Positions 7,903 through 16,422 of a DNA stretch of 64,000 nucleotides are shown in pieces (position 1 is the stretch's first letter; each line of letters starts with the position of its first letter). This DNA is from Dehalococcoidia bacterium (GTDB lineage Bacteria; Chloroflexota; Dehalococcoidia; GIF9; AB-539-J10): contig JALNYR010000001.1 of the NCBI GenBank assembly GCA_023229725.1, positions 9,292-73,291 of the forward strand, written 5' to 3'. The position numbers were made by a program, and so were the translations under genes. The notes beneath the pieces are model-generated. The model was not told where the DNA came from. It did not search any database and saw nothing but the letters and a program-made list of their open reading frames with translations.

Positions 7903-8235
7903 GTGTCCGAAGCTGTACACGAGCTGAAGAAGATAGACGTCGCGATCGAGAAGGAACTCCTCGAGAGCCGCGACGTGGTCACGACGCTTCTCAAGCAGCG
8001 CGAGTCTGTCATTCGAGGAGCGTGTGAGCCGCACGAAGAGGGTCAGGCCGAGCTCATCCTCGAGCTCGCCACACGCCGTGCTCCGGCGAGCTTCAAGATG
8101 AACGAGGCCTATCGTCACGTCCGAGACTCGATGGGCCCAAGCGTGAAGCCGAACCAAGTCACGGCGTGGCTCGCGAAGCTCGTGAAGCAAGAGAAGCTGA
8201 TCAAGAGAGGACGAGGCGAATATGCGCTGGCGTAA
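7903..8235 (+). CDS. small winged-helix-like DNA-binding protein (first gene of long rightward operon)
   Basis: 110 aa from GTG 7903 (ORF track starts at 7855). Coiled N-terminus. C-terminal TAWLAKLVKQEKLIKRGRGEYALA resembles the wing motif seen in 9446, 15624 and 45187 products. Confidence 0.5.
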   Translation: MSEAVHELKKIDVAIEKELLESRDVVTTLLKQRESVIRGACEPHEEGQAELILELATRRAPASFKMNEAYRHVRDSMGPSVKPNQVTAWLAKLVKQEKLIKRGRGEYALA

Positions 8236-8902
8236 CGGCAAGCCGACGTGCGCGTCGTGTACGTTCTTCGACACCTCCGAGCCGACGCAGCTCACGCAGA
8301 CGCTGGCCCAGCGGTTCTACACGCCGGCCGAAGAGACGGGCGGCGTGTGCCAGCGGGCCGCGACTCCGTTCCGTTCTCCTCGCAACGCGGTCTGCGCGTG
8401 CTACGAAGGACCGGCGCTGCCGTGGTGGACGAAGATCTCGTCCAGCTTCGAGCTGCGTGTCCGTCGTGCGCTCGCGCAGGAAGCGCTTGACAGCCTCTCG
8501 TCGATCAGAGACGATGCTGCTGTTCTTCGCTGCGCGCTCTCCGGTGCGTGGCGCCGCGCCGTCGATGCGCGAGCTCGATCGCACGAGCTGTGGGCCGTCT
8601 TGACGCCCGCACTCAATGGTGACCTCTTGCCCGATGCGCCCGTGTGGCGCGACCGCTTCACCAACGTAACGATCTCCATCAGCCGCTGGCTCCAAGGCAT
8701 GGGCGACATGGCCGCGCTGCACGCGATCCAGGAAGCCGGCGTCGAGAGCCTCGGCATCATCATGCCCGAGCGCGACACGGGCCGGCTCTGTGAGCGCTGC
8801 GGTGAGTCGCTGAACTCGATCGAGCACGTCGACCCCGTGACGAAGGAGACGATCTGCCGCGGCTGCGCGCTCAAGATCGGGCTCGTGGAGAAGTCCTCGT
8901 GA
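8222..8902 (+). CDS. Cys-rich protein (CxxC...GxC...CxCYE module plus C-terminal zinc ribbon)
   Basis: 226 aa. CASCTFF ... GGVCQRA ... VCACYEG at the N-terminus. CERCG ... CRGC at the C-terminus. Confidence 0.6.
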   Translation: MRWRNGKPTCASCTFFDTSEPTQLTQTLAQRFYTPAEETGGVCQRAATPFRSPRNAVCACYEGPALPWWTKISSSFELRVRRALAQEALDSLSSIRDDAAVLRCALSGAWRRAVDARARSHELWAVLTPALNGDLLPDAPVWRDRFTNVTISISRWLQGMGDMAALHAIQEAGVESLGIIMPERDTGRLCERCGESLNSIEHVDPVTKETICRGCALKIGLVEKSS

Positions 8903-9438
8903 GCCGCGACCTCCCAGAGCAGAAGCAACAGCCGCTCGTGAGCCTGCGCATCGTCGACCAAGACAAGGACCCCGACTTGCCGGTCGCGGAGCGCATCGAC
9001 ATCGAGAAGACGCGCTGGGCACACGAGGTCGTGACGAAGGGCGGCAAGGAGCTGCCGCTGATCGTGACCGCGGCGCAGCAGCAGATGGCGCTCGTCGTGC
9101 CCACGCCGCTCGAGATCGCCGCGGTCGAGGAGATCATGCGCTCAGGCCTCGGCCTCTGTGGCGCCTGCACGCACTGCGACTACGCGGGCGGGCAGGAGCG
9201 CCTCATCCGTGGCGCCGCGTGGGAGGCCTACGAGCGCATGCGAGGCCGCGTCGAGAACCTGCCGCCCTGGCGGAACCTCGGCTTCTGCGACGCGAAGGGC
9301 TGCTACGTCGCGGTGAACAGCCTCGCCACGTTCGATGATGGTAAGGGCTCGGCGCCGTGCGCCGACTTCCGAGAGCGACTCGCGAAGAGGTTCTTGCGAG
9401 CCGTGGGTGGCCTGATCAAGCGGGTCGGAGACATCTGA
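8899..9438 (+). CDS. Cys-rich protein, same loose family
   Basis: 179 aa. CGACTHC ... GFCDAKGCYV ... APCADFRER. ATGA-type overlap with upstream gene. Confidence 0.6.
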   Translation: MSRDLPEQKQQPLVSLRIVDQDKDPDLPVAERIDIEKTRWAHEVVTKGGKELPLIVTAAQQQMALVVPTPLEIAAVEEIMRSGLGLCGACTHCDYAGGQERLIRGAAWEAYERMRGRVENLPPWRNLGFCDAKGCYVAVNSLATFDDGKGSAPCADFRERLAKRFLRAVGGLIKRVGDI

Positions 9439-9445
9439 AAGGAAT

Positions 9446-9838
9446 ATGAAGATGACCGAGAAGAACGAGAAGAAGACTTCCATGGACAAGCTGTTCGCAG
9501 ACCTGACGAAGCTGCAGGAAGAGGCGAAGACGGCACAGGAGACTGTCGAGACGAAGCGCGCGGAGATCGCCGCGTTCCTCGGTGGCTACGGGTTCGCGCC
9601 GCTCGTCGCGAAGAAGCGCACCTCCGGGCCGCGGGCGCCCAAGGGCGTCGCGGCCAAGACCGTGCTGGCTTTCCTGGCCCCGCGCAACAGCGCCACCACG
9701 CTCGAGATCCGCGCGGCCTGCGACATGACGTCGGGTCAAGCGCAGCCCGTGCTGACGAGCCTCGTGAAGAAGGGCCTCGTGAAGCGGTCCGACCGGGGTA
9801 GCTACGAGATCACCGAGCTCGGCAAGAAGGAGCAGTAG
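9446..9838 (+). CDS. winged-helix DNA-binding protein
   Basis: 130 aa. Coiled-coil N-terminus. LAFLAPRNSATTLEIRAACDMTSGQAQPVLTSLVKKGLVKRSDRGSYEIT is MarR/wHTH-like. Confidence 0.55.
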   Translation: MKMTEKNEKKTSMDKLFADLTKLQEEAKTAQETVETKRAEIAAFLGGYGFAPLVAKKRTSGPRAPKGVAAKTVLAFLAPRNSATTLEIRAACDMTSGQAQPVLTSLVKKGLVKRSDRGSYEITELGKKEQ

Positions 9839-9845
9839 CACTTCG

Positions 9846-10118
9846 ATGCGCGAAGAGATGCTCCAGAAGCTCGATCGCATCCTGGCCAGGGCCGTGTACT
9901 GCGCGACCCACCCTGGCGCCAAGACCACTCTGGAGAAGTTCACGGACGAGTGGCAGGAGTTCCGCGCCGAGCTTCATGCCGAGCGGTGCGAGAACTGCGC
10001 GCACAGTCGTAGGGTGCTCACGGCCGGAACTCTACTTTTCCGCTGCAACGATACTTGTGATCGTTGTGTGAAGCCCGACTTCTGCTGCTCCCACTTCGAG
10101 AAGAGGACGACGCCGTGA
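9846..10118 (+). CDS. Cys-rich small protein, same loose family
   Basis: 90 aa. CENC ... FRCNDTCDRCV ... FCCSHFEKR. Confidence 0.55.
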   Translation: MREEMLQKLDRILARAVYCATHPGAKTTLEKFTDEWQEFRAELHAERCENCAHSRRVLTAGTLLFRCNDTCDRCVKPDFCCSHFEKRTTP

Positions 10119-10267
10119 AACCGCAGCCGCTCCGCTCAGTGATTCGCGACTGGTCGCCGGTCATTGGGTACTTTTGGCGGTACCTATCACAGACTCGCGA
10201 GCAGAAGAAGCTCGAACGCGCGTTGCAACGTGAGCGTGCCGCGCAGCAGAGAAGGAGTCAGAGATGA
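10115..10267 (+). CDS. small hypothetical protein
   Basis: About 50 aa from GTG 10115 (GTGA overlap with preceding stop). ORF-track ORF starts further upstream at 10064. Confidence 0.4.
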   Translation: MKPQPLRSVIRDWSPVIGYFWRYLSQTREQKKLERALQRERAAQQRRSQR

Positions 10268-10659
10268 ACGAAACACAGGCACTCGAGGGGTTGTGGGCTT
10301 CCATCGGCCACGCGCCGTGGCCGGTCGTGATCGGCTACGTGCTGGTCGCACTCTGCATCGGTTGGAAGGGGCTCACCGAGGGCAAACTCCACGGCCAGGC
10401 GAAGGCCTGGGCCGGCGCAGTCGTCGGGATGCTCGTCGGCGTCGGCTCGTCCATGGCGCTCGACGCCGACTGGATTCACGCGGTGGTGTTCGGTGTGCTC
10501 ATCGGCGGGACCTCGACTGGGTTCTGGAGCATGGTCAAGCAGACCATCCCCGACATCGGCAAGCCGAGCGAGCCGCCGGGCCCCATGACGACGACCAACG
10601 GGATGGTCAACGTCGGGCCGCAGACGCCCTATGACCCGCCGCAGGAGCCGCCGACATGA
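10264..10659 (+). CDS. membrane protein (three hydrophobic helices, Pro-rich tail)
   Basis: 131 aa. WPVVIGYVLVALCIGW, AWAGAVVGMLVGVGSSMAL, AVVFGVLIGGTSTGFW. Confidence 0.65.
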   Translation: MNETQALEGLWASIGHAPWPVVIGYVLVALCIGWKGLTEGKLHGQAKAWAGAVVGMLVGVGSSMALDADWIHAVVFGVLIGGTSTGFWSMVKQTIPDIGKPSEPPGPMTTTNGMVNVGPQTPYDPPQEPPT

Positions 10660-10859
10660 AGCGGTTTAGCTGTCGAGAGTGCCGCTTCTCATCACAGCAA
10701 GTCATCGTGAAAGAGCCGTTTGAGCGTGATGGAATGATGCAGAATGCGCAAACACCGAGAGATGTCATCGTATGTCGGCGGATGCCGTTTTCTTTGTTGA
10801 AGCTCGCGAGCGAGTGGTGCGGTGAGTTCAAAGAGAAAGATCCAGAGCCCAAGCCGTGA
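10656..10859 (+). CDS. Cys-rich small protein with WCGEF motif
   Basis: 67 aa. CREC ... VCRR ... EWCGEFKEK. Confidence 0.55.
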   Translation: MKRFSCRECRFSSQQVIVKEPFERDGMMQNAQTPRDVIVCRRMPFSLLKLASEWCGEFKEKDPEPKP

Positions 10860-11047
10860 AGACGATCAGCGTTTCGCACTGCGGCGAGTGCCCGTTCGTG
10901 AACCACGACTTCGAGAGCCGCGTCATCGCGGAGCAGCAGTGCAACGCGTACCCGTCGGCTGTGCAGCACTGGGACTGCTCGGATAAAGCGGTTCCGGCTG
11001 AGTGTCCACTCCGCGTCGAGGTGATCGTGGTACAGGTGAAGCCATGA
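10856..11047 (+). CDS. Cys-rich small protein
   Basis: 63 aa. HCGECPF ... QQCNAY ... WDCSD ... AECP. Confidence 0.5.
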   Translation: MKTISVSHCGECPFVNHDFESRVIAEQQCNAYPSAVQHWDCSDKAVPAECPLRVEVIVVQVKP

Positions 11048-11337
11048 CGTCACACTACATTCTACCGGGCAACGTGATCTTACGGTCTAGAGGGGAGCTT
11101 GAGAAGTGGTTGCCCCTGGAGGTGGCGACCGCGATCGACGGCACGACTCGCCGTGCGAAAGAAGCGTCTGACGCTCGAGACTGGGAGCTTGTTGGTGCGG
11201 CAGCAAAGTTCATCGAGGCGGCATTGCAGTATGGCGCTGTCGTGAAGAGTCGGGCGCAACGGCAATGTTCGTGGTGTAGCCTCCCTTTACTCGAGGGCGC
11301 TACGAAGTGTCGGAACGGGCATGAGGTAGACCCATGA
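11044..11337 (+). CDS. small protein with C-terminal zinc-ribbon-like CSWC...CRNGH
   Basis: ATG 11044 (ATGA overlap). ORF track starts at 11002. Confidence 0.5.
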   Translation: MTSHYILPGNVILRSRGELEKWLPLEVATAIDGTTRRAKEASDARDWELVGAAAKFIEAALQYGAVVKSRAQRQCSWCSLPLLEGATKCRNGHEVDP

Positions 11338-11672
11338 AGCGCGCGTGCAAGGACTGCGAGTGGTACGCACCGCTGTTGAGTGGTGTCGGCGTTTACTCCG
11401 AGACGAGCGGACGTTGTCATCGACACGTTCCTGATGCGGAGAACGGCTGGCCCTACGTTTCGGTGGAAGACTGGTGCGGTGAGTTCCAGCCGCGCGAAGA
11501 AGAGAAGCCGGTGAGGCTGGCATCCGTGCCGTGCGTTGACATGTTCGGGCACCCGCACGACCGCATGAGCTGCATAGAATTTGAGCCCTACGAAGATTCA
11601 GCGTTGTGCAGTAAGTCTGGTTGGTGCGCGATGCGCCGCCGACCTACTGATGAGAAGAAGGAGCAGGAGTGA
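11334..11672 (+). CDS. Cys-rich small protein with WCGEF motif
   Basis: 112 aa. CKDCEW ... GRCHRH ... DWCGEFQPR. Confidence 0.6.
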   Translation: MKRACKDCEWYAPLLSGVGVYSETSGRCHRHVPDAENGWPYVSVEDWCGEFQPREEEKPVRLASVPCVDMFGHPHDRMSCIEFEPYEDSALCSKSGWCAMRRRPTDEKKEQE

Positions 11673-12247
11673 TGAAGTTGGACATATGGGGATTCAAGAT
11701 CGAGACGGATGAGAAGATTTGGGGGTTGGTAATCATTGCTGCGGCATTTATGGCAATGATTGTGCTCGGCACCGTCTTTGGCGGCTGCGCCGAGCGGGAC
11801 GCGCAGCGCGCCGTGCAGGCGTCGCTGACCACGCTCGCGGATGGGACGGTCATCGCTGACAAAGCCATCGCCGACGAGACGCCGCGGCTCTCGAAGGAGG
11901 CCGCGGTCCGTGCTGAGGCGAAGTGCCCAGCGCCGTGCAGCGACGAGGCGTTCGGTGCCGTCTACGATCTCGAGATGACGAAGCGAGAGAAGGCGGTCCA
12001 GGGTGTGAAGCTCGCCCAGGATTCGCTGCTCGTCGCGCAGGGTTCGGTGAAGCTCTGGATCGGCTCGGGCATGTTGCCCGATACGAAGCTGCTCTGCGAG
12101 GGCGTCGCCGACACGATCACGCCGATTCCGCTGCTGATGCAGGATGCAGGAGTCAAGAACATCCCGCCGGAGGTCGAAGCGTTCACCGGGCCGATCGTGA
12201 AGATCGGCTGCGACACCATCAGCAGGTGGATCAAGGAGCGGAGGTAG
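11669..12247 (+). CDS. N-terminally anchored membrane or exported protein
   Basis: 192 aa. IWGLVIIAAAFMAMIVLGTVFGGC hydrophobic segment, then a soluble domain. Confidence 0.6.
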   Translation: MMKLDIWGFKIETDEKIWGLVIIAAAFMAMIVLGTVFGGCAERDAQRAVQASLTTLADGTVIADKAIADETPRLSKEAAVRAEAKCPAPCSDEAFGAVYDLEMTKREKAVQGVKLAQDSLLVAQGSVKLWIGSGMLPDTKLLCEGVADTITPIPLLMQDAGVKNIPPEVEAFTGPIVKIGCDTISRWIKERR

Positions 12248-12250
12248 GTC

Positions 12251-12445
12251 ATGGGCGAGCAGATCGCGATGTGGGTGCTCAAGTTCTTGGGCGTGGCGAT
12301 CGAGGCCGGGCTCGACGCCATCGCGAACAAAGACCCGTCGAAGATGCGGAAGGTGACCGACGTCTTCAAGGCGGGCCACACTCTCGAGAGCGAGCTCGTA
12401 GGCCTCGAGGAGCGCGCCAAGCGGATCGCGGAGCACAAGCCGTAG
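12251..12445 (+). CDS. small hypothetical protein
   Basis: 64 aa. GGAGG-type RBS (ggaggtaggtcATG). Confidence 0.5.
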   Translation: MGEQIAMWVLKFLGVAIEAGLDAIANKDPSKMRKVTDVFKAGHTLESELVGLEERAKRIAEHKP

Positions 12446-12446
12446 C

Positions 12447-12701
12447 ATGAGCCCATTCCTGCAGAGCCTCGCGGCAGCGATCCGACACGTTCGGCGAGAG
12501 CGGAACGTGTCGGTGGACCAGCTCGCGGCGGTGTCGGGCGTCGAGCGGCGTGTGCTCGAGGGCTTCGAGCTGCACGTCAACGACAGCCTCAAGCTCGGCG
12601 ACCTGGCGGCGATCTGCCGCGGGCTCTCGCAGTTCGGGCCGCGGTTCGAGATGACCGACGCACTTGACGTCGCCGCAACGCTGGAGAAGAAGGCATCATG
12701 A
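12447..12701 (+). CDS. XRE-family helix-turn-helix regulator
   Basis: 84 aa. IRHVRRERNVSVDQLAAVSGVERRVLEGFE is a typical HTH_3 pattern. Confidence 0.65.
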   Translation: MSPFLQSLAAAIRHVRRERNVSVDQLAAVSGVERRVLEGFELHVNDSLKLGDLAAICRGLSQFGPRFEMTDALDVAATLEKKAS

Positions 12702-13054
12702 AGGGTCACAGGAACAGAGGCAGGGCCGCGGCGGTCGTGGTGCCGCGGCACGGGCGCGCGGTACGGCTTTCGGGCGGTGAGAAGCGCCGGCTGAAGCATC
12801 GACAGCGCACTTTGACAGGGCCAAACTGGCTGCACTCGGAGCATTGTGAGCGCGTGGATCTGGGAATGGGGAAACACGACGCGCGCGTGCGCAACTACGG
12901 CGACGGCTCGGCGGCGCCGCTGCCGACCACGAAGGAGCGGCAGGCGCAGCGAGCGCAGCGAGCGGTCGCGAAGCACACGTCGCTCGGGCTCCTGGGCAAG
13001 GCGGCTCGTGCGCTGCGCGAGAAGATGGCCGCGCTGCGAGGGGCGCAGTCATGA
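12698..13054 (+). CDS. very basic hypothetical protein
   Basis: 118 aa. G/C-rich third codon positions in this frame. ATGA overlaps at both ends. Confidence 0.55.
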   Translation: MKGHRNRGRAAAVVVPRHGRAVRLSGGEKRRLKHRQRTLTGPNWLHSEHCERVDLGMGKHDARVRNYGDGSAAPLPTTKERQAQRAQRAVAKHTSLGLLGKAARALREKMAALRGAQS

Positions 13055-13299
13055 GCCACCGCTCCAGGCACAAGCAGCAGCGCGCCATTCCCATGAAGGA
13101 GCTCGCACGGCTGCGGCGGGACAAGGTGCCCGACGAAGCCATCGAGCTTGCCTACGCCGCGCCGCTCGAGCCGTTCTCGCGTGAGCCGCTCCCGCTGGCG
13201 CCGATGGCGCGCGTCCACCGGCCCTCGTGGTTCGTCGACTTCTGGGCACGAGTTTGGGCCTTCCTCGTGGGTTGGCTCTATTCTGGAGGAGGAAGATGA
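13051..13299 (+). CDS. small hypothetical protein with hydrophobic C-terminus
   Basis: 82 aa. Ends WFVDFWARVWAFLVGWLYSGGGR. Confidence 0.5.
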   Translation: MSHRSRHKQQRAIPMKELARLRRDKVPDEAIELAYAAPLEPFSREPLPLAPMARVHRPSWFVDFWARVWAFLVGWLYSGGGR

Positions 13300-13784
13300 T
13301 CTGGCTTCTGTGGTTCCTCGTCGGCTTCGCGCTCGTCACGCTCATCGTGCGCGAGAGCATCTTCGCCTGGCCGCGGCGCTTCCTCTTCAACGTGCTCGGC
13401 TCGAAAGCGGGCGGCTGGCTCGCGTGCGGGCCCTGCGCGGCCTTCTGGGTCGGCGTCGCCGTCGGTGTCCCCGACGTGGGAATCCTCGCGCAGTGGCTTC
13501 CGGTGTGGACCATCAGCTCGTCCATCGCCGTCGCTGTCACAGGCCACGTCCTCGGAGGTCTGCTGCTCCTCGCCGCCGTGCGTCTCGTCCAGACGTTCAG
13601 CCACTCGACGCTCGCGGTCATCGCGGAAGAGGAAGCAGCGAAATCGCAGATGCTCAGAGGTACTCCCGTGGAACGAACTATGGCGATGTGGCAATCAACC
13701 ATGAACAACGCCATCGCGGCACAATTTCCTCTGAGTGGAGAGGTCGACGATCCCGACGATGACGATCCTGGAGGCCACGCATGA
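13296..13784 (+). CDS. polytopic membrane protein, DUF1360-like
   Basis: ATG 13296 after ggaggagg RBS (ORF track starts at 13227). ESIFAWPRRFLFNVLGSKAGGWLACGPCAAFWVG resembles the remembered DUF1360 C.xC..W signature. Confidence 0.5.
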   Translation: MIWLLWFLVGFALVTLIVRESIFAWPRRFLFNVLGSKAGGWLACGPCAAFWVGVAVGVPDVGILAQWLPVWTISSSIAVAVTGHVLGGLLLLAAVRLVQTFSHSTLAVIAEEEAAKSQMLRGTPVERTMAMWQSTMNNAIAAQFPLSGEVDDPDDDDPGGHA

Positions 13785-15610
13785 CCAAAGCAACAGAGAA
13801 GGAGCGAGTCGATAACGTCGTCGGCTCTGTCATGGAGAAGATGGGCGTGCCGCTCTCCGACGCGTCCGGCGTCGCGCCCGACTGGACGAAGCTGCAGGAC
13901 ATCGCTCGCGAGCTGCAGACCGTCACGGTCCACCTCATTCGTTTCGAGCGGAGCTCGTTCTTCACCAAATCCACGACGCCTATCGATGCGGGCACCTACT
14001 ACAACGTGCCCGTCGAGCGACTCCAGGTTGGCACTGCCGAGTGGATCTACGAGCAGGCCGGCGGGGGCGAGTACCGCGTCGAGGTCATCCATCCGACGAG
14101 CCCGAGGATGGGCCTGCTGACGACCTTCAAGGTGAACGTGCCCGGCGAGCCGCGAAAGCCGGCCCCGCTCGCCGCGAAGGAAGCCCTGCGGATGTCGACG
14201 TCGCAGGACCAAGTCCAGGGCCTCGCTCGCCAGTTCGCGTCGATGAACCCCGGCCTCTCCGAGATGCAGGCGCTCGAGATGGCTCAGAAGACGGCCGCGG
14301 AGAACCCCGCGCTCGCGTCGATGATGGTAGGTCAGGAGGATGAAATGGCTTTCGGTCAGCAGGGCGGCTTCAACGTGAACGGCATGATCCAGATGATGAT
14401 GGCCGAGCGCATGATGGAGCGGCAGGCCGCCCGCGAGCAGCAGTACAAGCCGCCCGCGGCGCCGCAGGAAGACCCAACGGTCCGGCTGCTCACCGAGCAG
14501 ATGCGCGAGATGAAGGCGCAGCTCGAGCGCGAGCGGGACGAGAACCGGCGGCGCGAAGAGCAGCGCGAGGCGCAGGCGAAGTTCGACCGCCTCGAGTCGA
14601 AGTTCGAGCTGCTGCTCCAGCGCCTCGACAAGCCGCAGGAGCCAAAGACCGACCCGACGGCGCTCGTGCTCTCGACGGTGCTCCCGGCGCTCACCGGCTC
14701 GCAGGAGCGCACCGCCGCCGAGCACGCGAGGGGCGCTGCGCAGCAGCTCGAGTTCATGAAGGCCATGGCCGAGAGCTCGAACCGCCGCGACCCAGCGCTC
14801 GAGAGCCTGCTCGCCCACATGCTCGACACGACGCGGCTCTCGATGGAGGCCCAGCAGCTTCGGCTGCAGGAGCCGGTGAAGAACGCCGAGGCGATGAACT
14901 CCATGATCGGCATGATGGCCGGCGTCATGCAGACCACGCACAGCATCGTCATGGCGCAGATGCAGGCCCAGCAGGGGAATCCTTTCTGGGACAAGCTCGC
15001 CGGCATCACCGACGCGCTCCCCGGTATCATCATGGCGCTCGCCTCGCCCGAGGTGGAGCACGGCACCATCGAGGCCTCCGGGCCGGCCGCGCCCGACGTG
15101 AGCGAGCAGGCCGCCGCGGCTCGGGTGCAGCAGATGCGCGCCGCCGACGCCGCCGCGCAGGCCGCGGCCCAGGTTCCGGCCGGCGCGCCGCCGCCGGCGC
15201 AGGTCGCGCCAGCCCCCGTCGAGCCGCCGCTACCCGCCACGGCCGGGCCCGAGCAGGCCGAGGACGAAGACGAGGACGAGGGCGACGACGAGCTGCCCGA
15301 GGACCCGATCGAGCGGGCGAAGATCGTGCTCGACATCTTCGGCCTCGAGGGCGCGGCCGACGTGCTCCTCAAGTTCGAGGACGCCGTCACGACGCTCAAC
15401 CTGTTCTTCTTCGAGGGCGCCGCGCCGAGCGTGCTGGGCGAGAAGTTCGCCGCGCTGCTCATCGGGGCCCCCGACATCACCTTCGACGTCTCGGGCGACC
15501 AGCTCGTCCGCACCGTGCGCGAGCAGTTCGGCTGGAACCCGCAGCGCTCCGGAAAGTTCGTGAAGGCTTTCGAGGAGGCACTCGCCAAGGCCGCCGCTCC
15601 GGCGGCGTGA
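13781..15610 (+). CDS. large hypothetical protein (beta-rich N-domain, Met/Gln-rich and coiled-coil middle, acidic stretch)
   Basis: 609 aa. MIQMMMAERMMERQAAREQQ, KAQLERERDENRRREEQREAQAKF, EDEDEDEGDDE. No portal or terminase motifs seen. Confidence 0.7.
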   Translation: MTKATEKERVDNVVGSVMEKMGVPLSDASGVAPDWTKLQDIARELQTVTVHLIRFERSSFFTKSTTPIDAGTYYNVPVERLQVGTAEWIYEQAGGGEYRVEVIHPTSPRMGLLTTFKVNVPGEPRKPAPLAAKEALRMSTSQDQVQGLARQFASMNPGLSEMQALEMAQKTAAENPALASMMVGQEDEMAFGQQGGFNVNGMIQMMMAERMMERQAAREQQYKPPAAPQEDPTVRLLTEQMREMKAQLERERDENRRREEQREAQAKFDRLESKFELLLQRLDKPQEPKTDPTALVLSTVLPALTGSQERTAAEHARGAAQQLEFMKAMAESSNRRDPALESLLAHMLDTTRLSMEAQQLRLQEPVKNAEAMNSMIGMMAGVMQTTHSIVMAQMQAQQGNPFWDKLAGITDALPGIIMALASPEVEHGTIEASGPAAPDVSEQAAAARVQQMRAADAAAQAAAQVPAGAPPPAQVAPAPVEPPLPATAGPEQAEDEDEDEGDDELPEDPIERAKIVLDIFGLEGAADVLLKFEDAVTTLNLFFFEGAAPSVLGEKFAALLIGAPDITFDVSGDQLVRTVREQFGWNPQRSGKFVKAFEEALAKAAAPAA

Positions 15611-15623
15611 GGAAGGAAAGATC

Positions 15624-15848
15624 ATGAAGAAGGAATTGAAGAAGGCGCCCACGATCAAGGACCGCATCGTTCGAGTGCTCCGGGGCCGCAAGCGGGGGCT
15701 CACACCCACCGAGCTCGGCCTCAAGCTCGGCTTTGAGAAGAAGCAGGCGAGCGCGCTGGTCGGCCCGGCCTTGAAGAAGCTCGTCGCCGAGGGCCTCGTC
15801 GACCGCCACAAGATCGGTCGCCGCGTCGAGTACGCCTGGGTCGGCTAG
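15624..15848 (+). CDS. small winged-helix DNA-binding protein
   Basis: 74 aa. LTPTELGLKLGFEKKQASALVGPALKKLVAEGLVDRHKIGRRVEYAWVG. Confidence 0.55.
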   Translation: MKKELKKAPTIKDRIVRVLRGRKRGLTPTELGLKLGFEKKQASALVGPALKKLVAEGLVDRHKIGRRVEYAWVG

Positions 15849-15885
15849 TTCCTCTACATAGAGATCTTCCCCTACTCTCTACCTC

Positions 15886-16410
15886 GTGAAGCTGCACCGC
15901 ATTCGCATCAGAAACCAGCGGGATCGCATCCGGTTGATCGAGGAGCAGGTCAGGGAATCGCTCTACGGCGACGATTTCACCGAGCTCCGCTACGAGGTCT
16001 CCCCGAACCGAGCCCTCGCTGGCGTGCCGGCGCGAGACGACGAAGCGCAGGCGCGAGCCGTCTGGTCCTGGGTAAGAGAGAAGGTCCTGTACGTTCCCGA
16101 CCCGTGGCCCTTCGACCTCTTTCCCACGGCCGGCGCGGTGCTCGACTACGGCATGGGCGACTGCGACTGCCACACCATCGTGAACTGCACGCTCCTCGCG
16201 ATCCTGGGCTTCCCGGTCGGCGTTCGGATGATCCAGGCCGACGACGGCTTCTGGCACGTCTACTCGACCGTCTGGCTCCCGCGGGACGTTCCCACGCACG
16301 CCGTGGCGTTCGACACCGCCTGGGACGGCGCCGAGGACATGGGCGAGGAGTTCCCCCACGACCGCGTGAAGAACTTCGACGAGTACGTGCTCGAGCTGCG
16401 ACAGGGATAG
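15886..16410 (+). CDS. transglutaminase-like cysteine protease superfamily protein
   Basis: 174 aa. DYGMGDCDCHTIV (Cys), FWHVYS (His), FDTAWD (Asp) in the order and spacing expected for the C-H-D triad. Confidence 0.55.
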   Translation: MKLHRIRIRNQRDRIRLIEEQVRESLYGDDFTELRYEVSPNRALAGVPARDDEAQARAVWSWVREKVLYVPDPWPFDLFPTAGAVLDYGMGDCDCHTIVNCTLLAILGFPVGVRMIQADDGFWHVYSTVWLPRDVPTHAVAFDTAWDGAEDMGEEFPHDRVKNFDEYVLELRQG

Positions 16411-16422
16411 TAGGAGGATTTC

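Noticed and set aside
7497-8027. Three ORFs (7497..7682 -, 7695..8012 -, 7707..8027 +) in the AT-rich region
   Set aside because: They use non-ATG starts and lack RBSs. They read straight through the 23-bp palindrome and inverted repeats and have atypical codon composition. I treated the region as non-coding.
13049-15061. 670-aa minus-strand ORF, plus 14356..15588 (-), across the 13296-15610 genes
   Set aside because: Shadow ORFs with Arg/His/Leu or Ser/Ala/Cys-rich junk composition. The plus-strand frames have RBS or overlap coupling and membrane or coiled-coil features.
13781-15610. 609-aa protein as portal protein, and 12698..13054 as small terminase
   Set aside because: Size alone suggested it. 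The sequence is dominated by coiled-coil, Met/Gln-rich and acidic low-complexity segments with no portal-like features I can recognise. The basic 118-aa protein has no HTH or oligomerisation signature I can point to.
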